Shown here: positions 46,187 to 56,600 of the stretch, piece after piece
Numbering within the stretch: the stretch's first letter is position 1
How the letters are laid out: each line of letters starts with the position of its first letter
From: an uncultured Candidatus Rokubacteria bacterium
GTDB lineage: Bacteria; Methylomirabilota; Methylomirabilia; Rokubacteriales; DASRDR01
Length of the DNA: 64,000 nt
NCBI GenBank assembly: GCA_963805625.1
Contig: CAWDVE010000010.1
Coordinates: forward strand, 768,001-832,000
Reading direction: 5' to 3'
Made by a program: the position numbers and the translations under genes
Notes under the pieces: model-generated
The model's database searches: none
Told to the model about the DNA's origin: nothing
The model's input: only the letters and a program-made list of their open reading frames with translations

Positions 46187-47359
46187 GTGGACGAAGCAAC
46201 CCGGCAGCCGGAGCGTCATGAGGCGCTGATCCCGGATGTCACTGACGTGGCCGCTCCGCCGTCGGCGGCCGAGGAGCGGGTCTCCCTCGCGTCGAACTGG
46301 ACCCTCGTCTGGTGGCGGTTCCGGAAGCATCGTCTCGCCATGACGAGCGCCGTCATCCTGCTCGCGCTCTACGCCGTCGTCCTCTGCCCCGACTTCTTCA
46401 GCACGCAGGATCCCGAGTTTACGGAGGCCCGTCTGGCGTTCATCCCGGTGCAGCGCCCGCGGCTGTTCGAGGGGATGCGGTGGAGCCCCTGGGTTCCGGC
46501 GGTCGTCGGGAAGCGCAATCCGACCACGCTCCGCATGGAGTGGCAGGTCGACCCCACCCAGAACGTCCGCGTCCGCTTCTTCGTCCGGGGCTACCCCTAC
46601 CGCGTGCTCGGCCTGTTCCCGGCGAGCCTTCACCTGCTCGGGGCCGCCGACGGGAGCACGACGGGCCGCGTCCACCTCCTGGGGACCGATCGCCTGGGAC
46701 GCGATCAGTGGTCGCGGCTCATGCACGGGACCCAGACCTCCATGACCATCGGCGTGGTGGCGGTGACGCTGAGCGTCCTGCTGGGGGTGCTGCTCGGCGG
46801 GGTTTCCGGGTACTTCGGCGGGCTGTCCGATCTCGTGATCCAGCGCCTGATCGAGCTGCTCCAGTCGCTCCCGACCATCCCGATCTGGCTGGCGCTGACG
46901 GCTGCGCTGCCCCGTGACTGGACGCCCATCCAGGTGTTCTTTGCGATCACCGTCATCCTGTCCCTGGTGGGGTGGACGACCCTTGGGCGTGAGGTGCGGA
47001 GTCGGTTCCTGGCGCTCCGCGAGGAGGATTTCGTCCTGGCCGCCGAACTGGCCGGGTGTGGCCGCCCGCGCATCATCCTCCGCCACATGGTGCCCACGTT
47101 CCTGAGTCACATCATCGCGACCAGCACGCTGGCCATCCCGGCCATGATCATCAACGAGACCTCGCTCAGCTTCCTCGGGCTCGGGATCCGGCCCCCCGCG
47201 ATCAGCTGGGGGGTGCTCCTGCAGGAGGCGCAGAACATCCAGACACTGGCACTCGCGCCCTGGCTCCTGATTCCGGGCCTCCTGGTCATCCTTTCCGTGC
47301 TCGCGTTCAACCTGGTGGGTGACGGCCTCCGCGATGCCGCAGACCCCTACAGCCACTGA
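46187..47359 (+). CDS. Peptide ABC permease (DppC-like)
   Basis: LGTDRLGRD, LSFLGLG..PP..SWG and GDGLRDAADP. Confidence 0.92.
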   Translation: MDEATRQPERHEALIPDVTDVAAPPSAAEERVSLASNWTLVWWRFRKHRLAMTSAVILLALYAVVLCPDFFSTQDPEFTEARLAFIPVQRPRLFEGMRWSPWVPAVVGKRNPTTLRMEWQVDPTQNVRVRFFVRGYPYRVLGLFPASLHLLGAADGSTTGRVHLLGTDRLGRDQWSRLMHGTQTSMTIGVVAVTLSVLLGVLLGGVSGYFGGLSDLVIQRLIELLQSLPTIPIWLALTAALPRDWTPIQVFFAITVILSLVGWTTLGREVRSRFLALREEDFVLAAELAGCGRPRIILRHMVPTFLSHIIATSTLAIPAMIINETSLSFLGLGIRPPAISWGVLLQEAQNIQTLALAPWLLIPGLLVILSVLAFNLVGDGLRDAADPYSH

Positions 47360-47366
47360 TCCCGCC

Positions 47367-48419
47367 GTGACGGGAGCGGCGGTGGACTCCGCCCCCCTCC
47401 TGTCGGTGCGAGACCTCCGCGTGTCCTTCTTCCTGGAGGAGGGCGTGGTCCGCGCGGTCGACGGTCTGAGCTTCGACGTCTACCCCGGCCAGGTGCTCGG
47501 GATCGTGGGCGAGAGCGGCTGCGGCAAGTCGGTCGCGATGAGGGCCGTCCTCCAGCTCGTGGAATCGCCAGGCCGGATCGTGTCGGGCCAGATCCTTTTC
47601 CGGCCTGCGGCCGAGAGCGCCATCGACATCACCCGGCTCGCTCCCCGGGGCGCGGCGATGCGGGCGATCCGGGGTGCCGAGATCGCGCTCATCCCCCAGG
47701 AGCCGATGGCCGCGTTCAGCCCGGTCCACACGGTCGGGGACCAGATCGTCGAGGCGATCCAGCTCCACTGGCGGCAGTGGCGGCCCGATGGACCACCGCT
47801 CAGACGCCCCGAGGCGCGGCAGATCACGGCCGATCTGTTCCGGGACGTGGGGATCTCCATGCCGGCTGAGCGCCTGGACGCCTACTCCTGGCAGCTCTCG
47901 GGCGGCCTCCGCCAGCGGGCGATGATCGCCATGGCGCTGTCCTGCAAGCCCCGGCTCCTCATCGCCGACGAGCCCACGACCGCGATCGACGTCACGACCC
48001 AGGCGCAGGTGCTGAACCTCCTGCGCGAGCTCCAGCGCAAGTACCGGACGGCTGTCATCTTCATCACGCACGATCTCGGGGTCATCGCCCAGATCGCCCG
48101 CGAGGTGGTGGTGATGTACCTGGGCCGGGTCATGGAGCAGGGGCCCGTCGACGCCATCTTCCACCAGGCGAAGCACCCCTACACGCGCGCCCTGCTGCGC
48201 TCCATCCCGGGCCTCCAGGCCACGCCTCGCGTCCCCCTGCCGATCATCACCGGCTCCCTCCCTCACCCGTTCAACCGGCCCCGAGGCTGCCCCTTCCACC
48301 CGCGGTGCTCCGAGGCCATGCCCGGGGTCTGCGACCAGCGCGTACCGGCCCTCCGTCCCGTCGGTGACCAGCAGCTGGCGAGCTGCTTCCTCTACCACGA
48401 CGTGGAGGCAACGTCGTGA
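47367..48419 (+). CDS. Peptide ABC ATP-binding protein (DppD-like)
   Basis: GESGCGKS, LSGG, ADEPTT, HPYT and GCPFHPRC. Confidence 0.92.
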   Translation: MTGAAVDSAPLLSVRDLRVSFFLEEGVVRAVDGLSFDVYPGQVLGIVGESGCGKSVAMRAVLQLVESPGRIVSGQILFRPAAESAIDITRLAPRGAAMRAIRGAEIALIPQEPMAAFSPVHTVGDQIVEAIQLHWRQWRPDGPPLRRPEARQITADLFRDVGISMPAERLDAYSWQLSGGLRQRAMIAMALSCKPRLLIADEPTTAIDVTTQAQVLNLLRELQRKYRTAVIFITHDLGVIAQIAREVVVMYLGRVMEQGPVDAIFHQAKHPYTRALLRSIPGLQATPRVPLPIITGSLPHPFNRPRGCPFHPRCSEAMPGVCDQRVPALRPVGDQQLASCFLYHDVEATS

Positions 48420-49480
48420 CGCCAGGAGCCGGGACCCAGGCCGCCTCGGCGACCCCGCTGCTGGACGTCAGGCATCTGCGAAAGTTCTTCCCCATCCAGA
48501 AGGGTTTCTCGCGTCGGGTGGTCGCCGAGGTCCGGGCCGTCGACGACGTGAGCTTCGAGGTCCACGAGGGCGAGACGCTCGGGCTCGTCGGCGAGAGCGG
48601 GTGCGGCAAGACGACGACTGCCCGCTGCGTCCTCCGGGCCATGGCGCCGTCGAGCGGACAGATCCTCTTCCGGACGCGCGAGGGGTCCGTCGTGGATCTG
48701 GCCCAGCTGTCCCGGAAGGAGCTGCGCCCGCTCCGGCCCGAGATTCAGATGGTCTTCCAGGATCCGTTCGGGTCCCTCAATCCGAGGATGACCCTGCTCG
48801 ACAACGTCGGCGAGCCGCTGCTCGTCAACGGCCTTCGCGACCGCCGCGCGCGACGGGACCGCGTGGCCGAGCTGCTGCGCCTGGTCGGCATGCGCCCCGA
48901 GTTCATGTACCGCTTCCCCCACGCCTTCAGCGGCGGGCAGCGGCAGCGCATCGGCATCGCCCGGGCCCTGGCGACGGAGCCGCGGCTCGTGGTCGCCGAC
49001 GAGCCGGTCTCCGCGCTCGACGTCTCGGTGCAGGCCCAGGTCCTCAACCTCCTTCTCGAGCTCCAGCAGCGCCTCCACCTCACGTACCTGTTCGTGGCGC
49101 ACGACCTTGGCGTCGTCCGCCATATCTGCGACCGGGTCGCGGTGATGTACGTCGGGCAGCTCGTGGAGATGGCCCCGGCGGCCTCTCTCTTCGCGCGACC
49201 CCGGCATCCATACACGGCCGCGCTCATGAAGGCGGTCCCGGTCCCCGACCCCCGGGTCCCCAGCGGGGACGTGGCGCTCCAGGGTGAGGTGCCGAACCCC
49301 GCCAGCCCGCCTTCCGGGTGCTACTTCCACCCCCGCTGCCCCTTCGCGGTGGAGGTCTGCCGGACCGAGACGCCGGAGCTCCGCCTCGTGGCGTCCGGTC
49401 ACCTCGCTCGATGCCACCGGGCGAACGAGCTCGCGCTCGAGGGCATCGTCCCCGCCGACCCGATGGCCTCGCGAGGGTGA
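48416..49480 (+). CDS. Peptide ABC ATP-binding protein (DppF-like)
   Basis: GESGCGKTT, FSGGQRQR, DEPVSALDVS and GCYFHPRC. Confidence 0.92.
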   Translation: MTPGAGTQAASATPLLDVRHLRKFFPIQKGFSRRVVAEVRAVDDVSFEVHEGETLGLVGESGCGKTTTARCVLRAMAPSSGQILFRTREGSVVDLAQLSRKELRPLRPEIQMVFQDPFGSLNPRMTLLDNVGEPLLVNGLRDRRARRDRVAELLRLVGMRPEFMYRFPHAFSGGQRQRIGIARALATEPRLVVADEPVSALDVSVQAQVLNLLLELQQRLHLTYLFVAHDLGVVRHICDRVAVMYVGQLVEMAPAASLFARPRHPYTAALMKAVPVPDPRVPSGDVALQGEVPNPASPPSGCYFHPRCPFAVEVCRTETPELRLVASGHLARCHRANELALEGIVPADPMASRG

Positions 49481-49633
49481 CCGTGCTCACACCGCCTGGC
49501 CTGATCCCCGGGGGCGCCGAGAGGAACCCGCTTGTGTGTGATCCGGCCCGGCGCGATCATCGACGGCGGGCTGGTGGTCACGCCGGCCACGCCGATCCGG
49601 AGCTGACATGAGGAGCGAGAGGAGACCTCGACG

Positions 49634-50671
49634 ATGGCCGCGACGACGCCGCTACCCCTGATCCCCTCCACCGTGGTGGGCTCGCACGGCCGCGCCGGCT
49701 GGTGGCATCTTGGCGTGAAGGCCTGGGAAGCCGGCGAGATGGGTCCCGCCGACCTCGACGAGATGCTGGACGACGCTGCCGACACGGCGATCCGGGACAT
49801 GGAGCGCGCGGGCATCGACGTGATCACCGACGGCGAGGTGCGGCGGCTCGACGGCTACGTCGACTCGTACTACGCGGTCATCAAGGGGATCCGGCCGATC
49901 GCGGTGCGCCGGAAGCTCGGCCCCTGGGGCTACGACCAGCAGACCCGCTACGAGACGGTCGCCCGGATCGAGACACCCGACGGGGGCCTCGGCATCGTCA
50001 AGGAGTTCGAGTACCTGAAGGCCAACACCATGCGGGGGATCAAGGCGACCTGTGCCGGGCCCCTCACATTCGGCTCTCGAATCCACCCGGGCGCGATCTA
50101 CAAGGACGTCGTCCAGGTGGCGGAGCGCTTCGCGGAGGTCATCAACCAGGAGCTCCGGGGGCTGGTCGCCGCCGGGGCCGAGTTCATCCAAATCGACGAG
50201 CCCGCCCGCGGCCACGTGAGCGGCCAGGAGATGGCACGGCTCTTCAATCTGGCGACCGAGGGCGTGCGGGCGCGGCTCGCGTTCCACGTCTGCTTCGGGA
50301 ATCGCTTCGGACGCTCGCGGTTCGACCGCACCTACCGGCCTTACTTCCCGGCGCTCCTCGAGGCGCGGACCGACCAGTTCGTGCTGGAGTTCGCCGGGCG
50401 CGAGATGGCCGAGCTCGACCTCATCGGGCAGTACGCCCGCGAGGGACGCGAGCTCGGGGCCGGCGTGATCGACGTCAAGGGCTTCCATCCCGAGACGCCC
50501 GACGAGGTCGCCGACCGGATCCGCAAGGTCCTCAAGGTCTGGCCGGCCGAGAAGCTCTACGTCAATCCCGACTGCGGCTTCGGCTGGAGCCCCCGCAACA
50601 TGTGCAACGGCAAGATCCGGGCGCTCGGCGCCGGCGCGCGCCTCGTCCGGAAGGAGCTCGGCGCCGGCTGA
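49634..50671 (+). CDS. Cobalamin-independent methionine synthase II family (single-barrel MetE-like) protein
   Basis: TVVGS, TDGE.RR, IQIDEP, Zn ligands HVC, E and PDCG. Confidence 0.87.
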   Translation: MAATTPLPLIPSTVVGSHGRAGWWHLGVKAWEAGEMGPADLDEMLDDAADTAIRDMERAGIDVITDGEVRRLDGYVDSYYAVIKGIRPIAVRRKLGPWGYDQQTRYETVARIETPDGGLGIVKEFEYLKANTMRGIKATCAGPLTFGSRIHPGAIYKDVVQVAERFAEVINQELRGLVAAGAEFIQIDEPARGHVSGQEMARLFNLATEGVRARLAFHVCFGNRFGRSRFDRTYRPYFPALLEARTDQFVLEFAGREMAELDLIGQYAREGRELGAGVIDVKGFHPETPDEVADRIRKVLKVWPAEKLYVNPDCGFGWSPRNMCNGKIRALGAGARLVRKELGAG

Positions 50672-50775
50672 GCCCGGCGCCGGTCAGCCCACCCAGGCAC
50701 GGCGCGGTGGGCGACATGCCCGCCGCGGCCTAACTCGGGCGAGTCGCACGGGCGGCGCGCCATCCAGGAGGCCCC

Positions 50776-51807
50776 ATGGCACCTACGGGCACGATGCGCG
50801 CGGTCTTCTACCAGGGCGCGCGGACCTTCACCCCGGGCAAGACCGCGATCCCCACCGCCGGCCCTGGCGAGGCCCTCCTCCGCGTCCTGCGGGTGGGCAT
50901 CTGCGGGACGGATCTCCACATCTTCCAGGGTCACCTCGACAACCGCGTTCCTCACGGCGGGATCATCGGCCACGAGACGTTCGCGGAGGTCGTCGAGGCG
51001 CCTGCCGGCAGCGGCTTCAAGGCGGGCGACCGCGTGGTGGTGGAGCCCGTCCGGTTCTGCGGGACGTGCCGCGCGTGCCGGATCGGCGCCAGCTACATCT
51101 GCTACAACCTCAAGGTCCTGGGCGTCGATCTCCCCGGGGGGATGCAGGAGTACTGGCCGGTGCCGGTCGATCGGCTCATCAAGGTGCCCGACTCCCTGAC
51201 CGACGATCACGCCGCCGTCATCGAGCCCCTGGCCGTCGCGACGCACGACGTGACTCGAGCCGGCGTGAAGACCGGAGACGCGGTCCTGGTGTTCGGCGGC
51301 GGCCCGATCGGCTGCCTGATCGCCCTGGTCTGCCGCCACCGGGGCGCCCGGGTCGCCGTCGTCGAGATCAACCCGTTCCGCGTCGAGATGCTCCGGCGCC
51401 TGGGTCTCGAGGTCGTCGGGCCCGGGGTCGACCCGGTCCGCTTCGCCACCGAATGGACCGACGGCGATGGTGTCGACGTCGCCTTCGAGGTCACCGGCCA
51501 CCCGGCCGCCGTCAAGGCGATCACCGAGGTCGTCCGCGTGTGGGGGACAATCAGCATCGTCGCCATCCACTCGGAGCCCATGCCCGTGAACCTCCACCGG
51601 TTATTCGCGCGCGAGCTCAGTCTCCACGGGAGCCGGCTCTACACACGGGGGGCGTGGGAAGAGGCGATCCGCCTGGGGGCGAGCGGCGCGGTTCCGCTTG
51701 CGCCCCTGGTCAGCCGAATCATCCCGCTCGAGTCTCTTCAAGAGGGGATGGAAACGGCGCTGGGCGGCGGGCCGGTCATGAAGGTGCTCGTCAACGTGAC
51801 GGCCTGA
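50776..51807 (+). CDS. Zn-dependent alcohol/polyol dehydrogenase (MDR)
   Basis: GICGTD, GHE, CGTCRAC..C and GGGPIG. Confidence 0.92.
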   Translation: MAPTGTMRAVFYQGARTFTPGKTAIPTAGPGEALLRVLRVGICGTDLHIFQGHLDNRVPHGGIIGHETFAEVVEAPAGSGFKAGDRVVVEPVRFCGTCRACRIGASYICYNLKVLGVDLPGGMQEYWPVPVDRLIKVPDSLTDDHAAVIEPLAVATHDVTRAGVKTGDAVLVFGGGPIGCLIALVCRHRGARVAVVEINPFRVEMLRRLGLEVVGPGVDPVRFATEWTDGDGVDVAFEVTGHPAAVKAITEVVRVWGTISIVAIHSEPMPVNLHRLFARELSLHGSRLYTRGAWEEAIRLGASGAVPLAPLVSRIIPLESLQEGMETALGGGPVMKVLVNVTA

Positions 51808-51813
51808 CCCCGG

Positions 51814-52152
51814 CTACTCCCGGGCGGCTTCCAGGTAGAGCTCGTTGTAGGCGCGGTGGCGACGCTCGAAGTTCGCCTCGCACTCCTGGACCTGGCGAGG
51901 CGCCTTGAACCGCTCCCGGCACCGGAGGCGCTCGCCGGCCATCTCGTCCATTCGTGCAAGCGCCCACCGCCGCCGGGCCTCGCGGTCCCGTGGGGCCGGC
52001 TGGTCGGGACCGGCCGCGCCCACGCCGCTCGAGGCGGCCAGAGGCAGCGCCCATGCCAGGGCCGCGGCCGCCAGCCCCCGGATCACGTCCCGTCGCGCCC
52101 AATCCTCGCCCGTCTTGGCGCTCGCCTTCCCGTCTGTCCGGATGCTCCTCAT
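51814..52152 (-). CDS. Small Tat-signal hypothetical protein
   Basis: RRDVIR followed by a hydrophobic segment, a helical mature part with 2 Cys, and SD GAGGAGGGAG. Confidence 0.6.
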   Translation of the reverse strand: MRSIRTDGKASAKTGEDWARRDVIRGLAAAALAWALPLAASSGVGAAGPDQPAPRDREARRRWALARMDEMAGERLRCRERFKAPRQVQECEANFERRHRAYNELYLEAARE

Positions 52153-52377
52153 GACTCCCTCCTCTCGGCTCCGATCGCTCGTGTCTCCCCACGTGGCCGC
52201 CCTGTATCGCGGCCGATGCGCCTGCCGCCCGATTCGCCCCGCACACCTCCGTATTCCGACCGTGACCGGGGCCGCCGCGCGGTGCGTGCTATCCTCGGCC
52301 GCATCCGATCAGCAAGCGGCGGGCCGGGCCCGTAGGCGCGGCAGCGACACGGGCTGGGACGGCCGAAAGGAGCGTGG

Positions 52378-53121
52378 ATGCGCTTCACGGGGCGGGTGGC
52401 GATCGTGACGGGCGGCGGGGCCGGGATCGGCCGCGCGACGTGCCTGGCGTTCGCGCGGGAGGGCGCGGCGGTCGGCGTCGTCGATCTCAAGGCCGCCGAC
52501 ACGGTCGCCGGTGACATCGAGGCCGCTGGCGGCCGAGCCGCGCCCTACGCGGCGGATGTCTCGCGGAGCGCCGACGTGGAGGCCATGGTGGACGACGTCG
52601 TGCGGCGATTCGGGAGCGTCGACATCCTGGTCAACAACGCGGGAATCGGCCGCCCGGGTGGAATCATGGACGTCACCGAGGAGGAGTGGGACCGGACGCT
52701 CGCCGTCGACCTCAAGGCCCACTTCCTCTGCTGCCGCGCGGTCGTGCCTCACATGCGGCGCCGAGGGCGCGGGCACATCGTCAACGTGACCTCGATCGCC
52801 GGGCGGCACGTGAGCCTTGCCAACTCGATCCCGTATACGAGCGCCAAGGCGGGCGTGATCGGGTTCACCCGCCACCTTGCCCAGGAGCTCGGCCCGGACG
52901 GCATCCGCGTGAACGCGGTGGCCCCGGGTCCCGTCAAGACCGAGCTCTTCTACTCCGCGGTAGCCCGCGGCGGCGACCGGGAGGCCGAGCTCCGCGCCCG
53001 CATCCCGCTCCGCTACGTGGGCGAGGCCGAGGAACAGGCGGCAGTGATCCTCTTCCTCGCCTCGGACGCAGCGAGCTTCGTCCACGGCGCGATCGTCGAC
53101 GTCAACGGAGGGCTGCTGTAG
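52378..53121 (+). CDS. SDR family oxidoreductase
   Basis: TGGGAGIG, NNAG, YTSAK and VNGG. Confidence 0.92.
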   Translation: MRFTGRVAIVTGGGAGIGRATCLAFAREGAAVGVVDLKAADTVAGDIEAAGGRAAPYAADVSRSADVEAMVDDVVRRFGSVDILVNNAGIGRPGGIMDVTEEEWDRTLAVDLKAHFLCCRAVVPHMRRRGRGHIVNVTSIAGRHVSLANSIPYTSAKAGVIGFTRHLAQELGPDGIRVNAVAPGPVKTELFYSAVARGGDREAELRARIPLRYVGEAEEQAAVILFLASDAASFVHGAIVDVNGGLL

Positions 53122-53424
53122 CTCGGCGCGCGCGGGTCGGAGCCGGCGGCCCCGCAGCGCTCGAGGCGGTCAGCATCGCCCCTATGCCAGCGGCGGCGCT
53201 CCGCGCATCGCGGGCGTCGACGGCCACGCACCATCCTTGATGAGTGACCGCCGCGGTGTAGGCGAAGTCGCCGGAACCTGCGATTCGCGGGCGGGCGTCC
53301 GCGGCTCATGAACTTTCCCGTTGCAGTCCGGTGTCCCCGCTTCGACAATGGGAGCCTGCGCCGGCAGCCGCCGGGCACGCGCGAATCGCGCACGGCGCCA
53401 CACGCCCTCGCCGAGGGAGGAACC

Positions 53425-53676
53425 ATGCCCCTATATCTGGACATTCACAACAAGATCGAGGGTTTGACTGCTCCCGCGGTGTCCGATGCACACGCGGCGG
53501 ATTTGCGGGTCCAGCACAAGTACGGGGTGAACTACCTCCGTTATTGGTACGACGAGGGCACCGGCAAGGTGTTCTGCCTGGTCGAAGCGCCGAGCAAGGA
53601 GGCCGCCGCCGCCGTGCATCGCGAGGCCCACGGGCTCGTGGCGGACGAGATCGTCGAGGTCAGGGAAGGCAGCTGA
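53425..53676 (+). CDS. DUF4242 (SCO4226-like nickel-binding) protein
   Basis: MPLYLDIH, AHAADL, YWYD..GKVFCL..AP and VHREAHG, with SD GGAGG. Confidence 0.85.
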   Translation: MPLYLDIHNKIEGLTAPAVSDAHAADLRVQHKYGVNYLRYWYDEGTGKVFCLVEAPSKEAAAAVHREAHGLVADEIVEVREGS

Positions 53677-53696
53677 TCCCCGGCCGCCACCTTCGA

Positions 53697-56600
53697 ATGC
53701 GCTGCCCGCAGTGCGAGCACGACAACCCACCCGGAGCCAGGTTCTGTAACGCCTGCGGGGCCGGGCTCGCTGGCGCCTGTCACGCGTGCGGTCAGGTCAA
53801 CGCCCCGGGCAGCCGCTTCTGCAGCGCCTGCGGGCAGGCACTCGGTCCGCCCGAACCTGGCGGGCCTCCGACCCGGTTCGATTCCCCGGGTGCGTACACC
53901 CCTCCCCATCTCGCGCAGCGCATCCTCGCCAGCCGGCAGGCTCTCGAGGGCGAGCGCAAGCAGGTCACGGTGCTCTTCGCCGACATGAAGGGGTCCATGG
54001 AGCTTCTGGCCGACCGGGACCCCGAGGACGCGCGGCGGCTCTTCGACGCCGTGCTCAAGCGCATGATGGAGGCCGTCCACCGCTACGAGGGCACGGTCAA
54101 CCAGGTCCTGGGCGACGGGATCATGGCGCTGTTCGGGGCACCGCTCGCCCACGAAAACCACGCCGTGCGTGCCTGCTACGCGGCGCTCCGAATGCAGGAG
54201 GACATCGGGCGATACGGGGACGAGATGCAGCGCGCCCTCGGCGTGCCCATCCAGATCCGCGTCGGTCTCAACTCCGGCGAGGTCGTGGTCGGATCCATTG
54301 GTAGCGACCTGCGGATGGAGTACTCAGCGGTCGGACAGACCACCCACCTGGCCGCCCGGATGGAGCAGATGGCAAAACCGGCCTCGGTGCTTCTCACCGC
54401 CGACACCCTGCGGCTTGCCGAGGGATACGTCCAGGCCAGGGCGCTCGGCCCGGTGCCCGTGCGCGGGCTGGCCGACCCGGTCGAGGTGTTCGAGCTGGTC
54501 GGTGCCACGGCGGCACGGACACGTCTTCAGGTGGCGGCGGTACGAGGGCTCACCCGGCTCGTCGGGCGCCAGGCCGAGCTGGGCCTGCTGCGCCAGGCGC
54601 TTGACCGGGCGCGGGACGGACGAGGTCAGGTCGTGGCGCTCGTGGGAGACGCGGGGGTCGGGAAGTCGCGGGTGGCCTGGGAGATCACGCGCTCCCATCG
54701 GACTCGCGACTGGCTCGTCCTCGAGGGCAGCGCGGCGTCCCACAGCAAGGCGACGAGCTGGCTGCCCGTGATCGACTTGCTCCGGGCCTACTACCGCATC
54801 GACGACGGGGACGAGGCCCGCACGGTCCGGGAAAAGCTCATCGGACGGCTCCTCGCGCTCGACGAAGCCCTGCGACCCACTCTCACGGCCTTCGAGGCCC
54901 TGCTGGAGATTCCCGTCGAGGGAGTGGAGTGGGGTCGGCTGGACGCGACGACGCGGCAGCGACGGACAGTGGAGGCTGTGAAGAGCGTGCTGCTGCGGGA
55001 AAGCCAGATGCAGCCCCTTCTCCTGGTTCTGGAGGATCTCCACTGGATCGACAGTGCCACGCAAGCCCTGCTCGACAGCCTCGTCGAGAGTCTGCCGGCC
55101 GCACGCGTGCTCCTCCTGGTGAACTATCGCCCCGAGTACCGGCACGGCTGGGGCGGGAAGACCTACTACAGCCAGCTCAGGCTCGACCCGCTACCCGCCG
55201 AGACGGCCGAAGGGATGCTCGATACCCTCATGGGCGGGGACGCCGAGCTCGCTCCGCTGAAGAGCCTCCTGATCGACCGGACTCAGGGGAATCCGTTCTT
55301 CCTGGAGGAGACCGTCCGGAGCCTGGTCGAGAGCCACGCCCTCACCGGGGCGCCCGGCGATTACCGCCTGGCCACCGCCCTGCCCGCCATCCAGATCCCG
55401 GCAACGGTGCAGGCCGTTCTCGCCGCGAGGATCGACCGTCTGCCAGCCGAGGACAAACGACTGCTGCAGCTGGCCTCCGTCGTCGGCAAGGATGTGTCGC
55501 TCCCCCTCCTCCGGGCCATCGCCGACATGCCCGAGCAAGGGCTCCAGGACTGCCTGTCCCATCTCCAAACCGCCGAGTTCCTTTATGAGAAACGCCTGTT
55601 CCCTGACCCCGAGTACACGTTCCGGCACGCTTTGACCCTCGAGGTCGCGTACGGAAGCCTGCTCCACGAGCGGCGGCGCGAGCTTCACGCGCGGATCGTC
55701 GACACGATCGAGCGCCTGTACCTCGAGCGGCTGACCGAGCACGGCGCGCGCCTGGCCCACCACGCCTTCCGCGCCGAGGCGTGGGCCAAGGCCTTGGCCT
55801 ATCTCAAGCAGCAGAGCGAGACGGCAGCCTCGCGCTCGAGCCTTGACGCCGTGCTCGGCAGTAACGCCGGCGTCGGCAGCGCCGAAAGCGCGGGGGCGCT
55901 CTGGTGGAGCGGCGAGCACGCCCGGGCGATCGAGGTCGGCCAGCGAGATCTGGCCGTCGCGGCCAACTTCAGGAACTTCGGAATGAACATCGTCGCGACG
56001 TGCCGCCTTGGCCAGACTCATCACGCGCTCGGCGACTACGGACGCGCGGCGGACTTCTTGAGGCGCGCCCTCGCGTCGCTACAGGGCGATCTCGAGCGGG
56101 AACAATTCGGGATGGCGGGACTGCCCTCGGTGTTCGCCCGAGCATGGCTCGGCTGGTGCCTGGCCGAGCTGGGCGACTTCCCCGAAGGCATCGCCCGAGG
56201 CGAGGAGGGAGTCGCCATCGCCGAGGCCGCGGACCACGCCTACAGCCAGATCGTGGCGGCCTGGGGTCTGGGGACCCTCTTCGTCGTGCGTGGAGACCCG
56301 GAGCGTGCCATCCCCGTCCTCGAGCGAGGGTTGGTGGTGGCCCGCATGGCGGACATCCCGCTACTCTTCCCGTTCGTCGCCGCCCCCCTCGGTGCGGCGT
56401 ATGCCCTCGCCGGGCGGGTCGACGACGCGTTGCCGCTCCTCGAACAAGGCGTGCGCCAGGCCGTCTCCATGAACCTCCAGGCGAACCACGCGCTCAGGCT
56501 CACCTGGGTCGGTGAGGCCCTCCTGCTCGCGGGCCAGATCGAGCGGGCCGGCGAGCAGGCGGCGCAGGCGCTCGCCCTCGCCGAGCACCAGGGAGAGCGA

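Noticed and set aside
49481-49633. SAM or cobalamin riboswitch before the MetE-like gene
   Set aside because: No SAM-I core or B12-box consensus is recognisable.
53273-53336. Tandem ECF-sigma-like promoters (GGAAC..CGTC, GAACTT..TGTC)
   Set aside because: The spacing and -10 matches are weak and could arise by chance.
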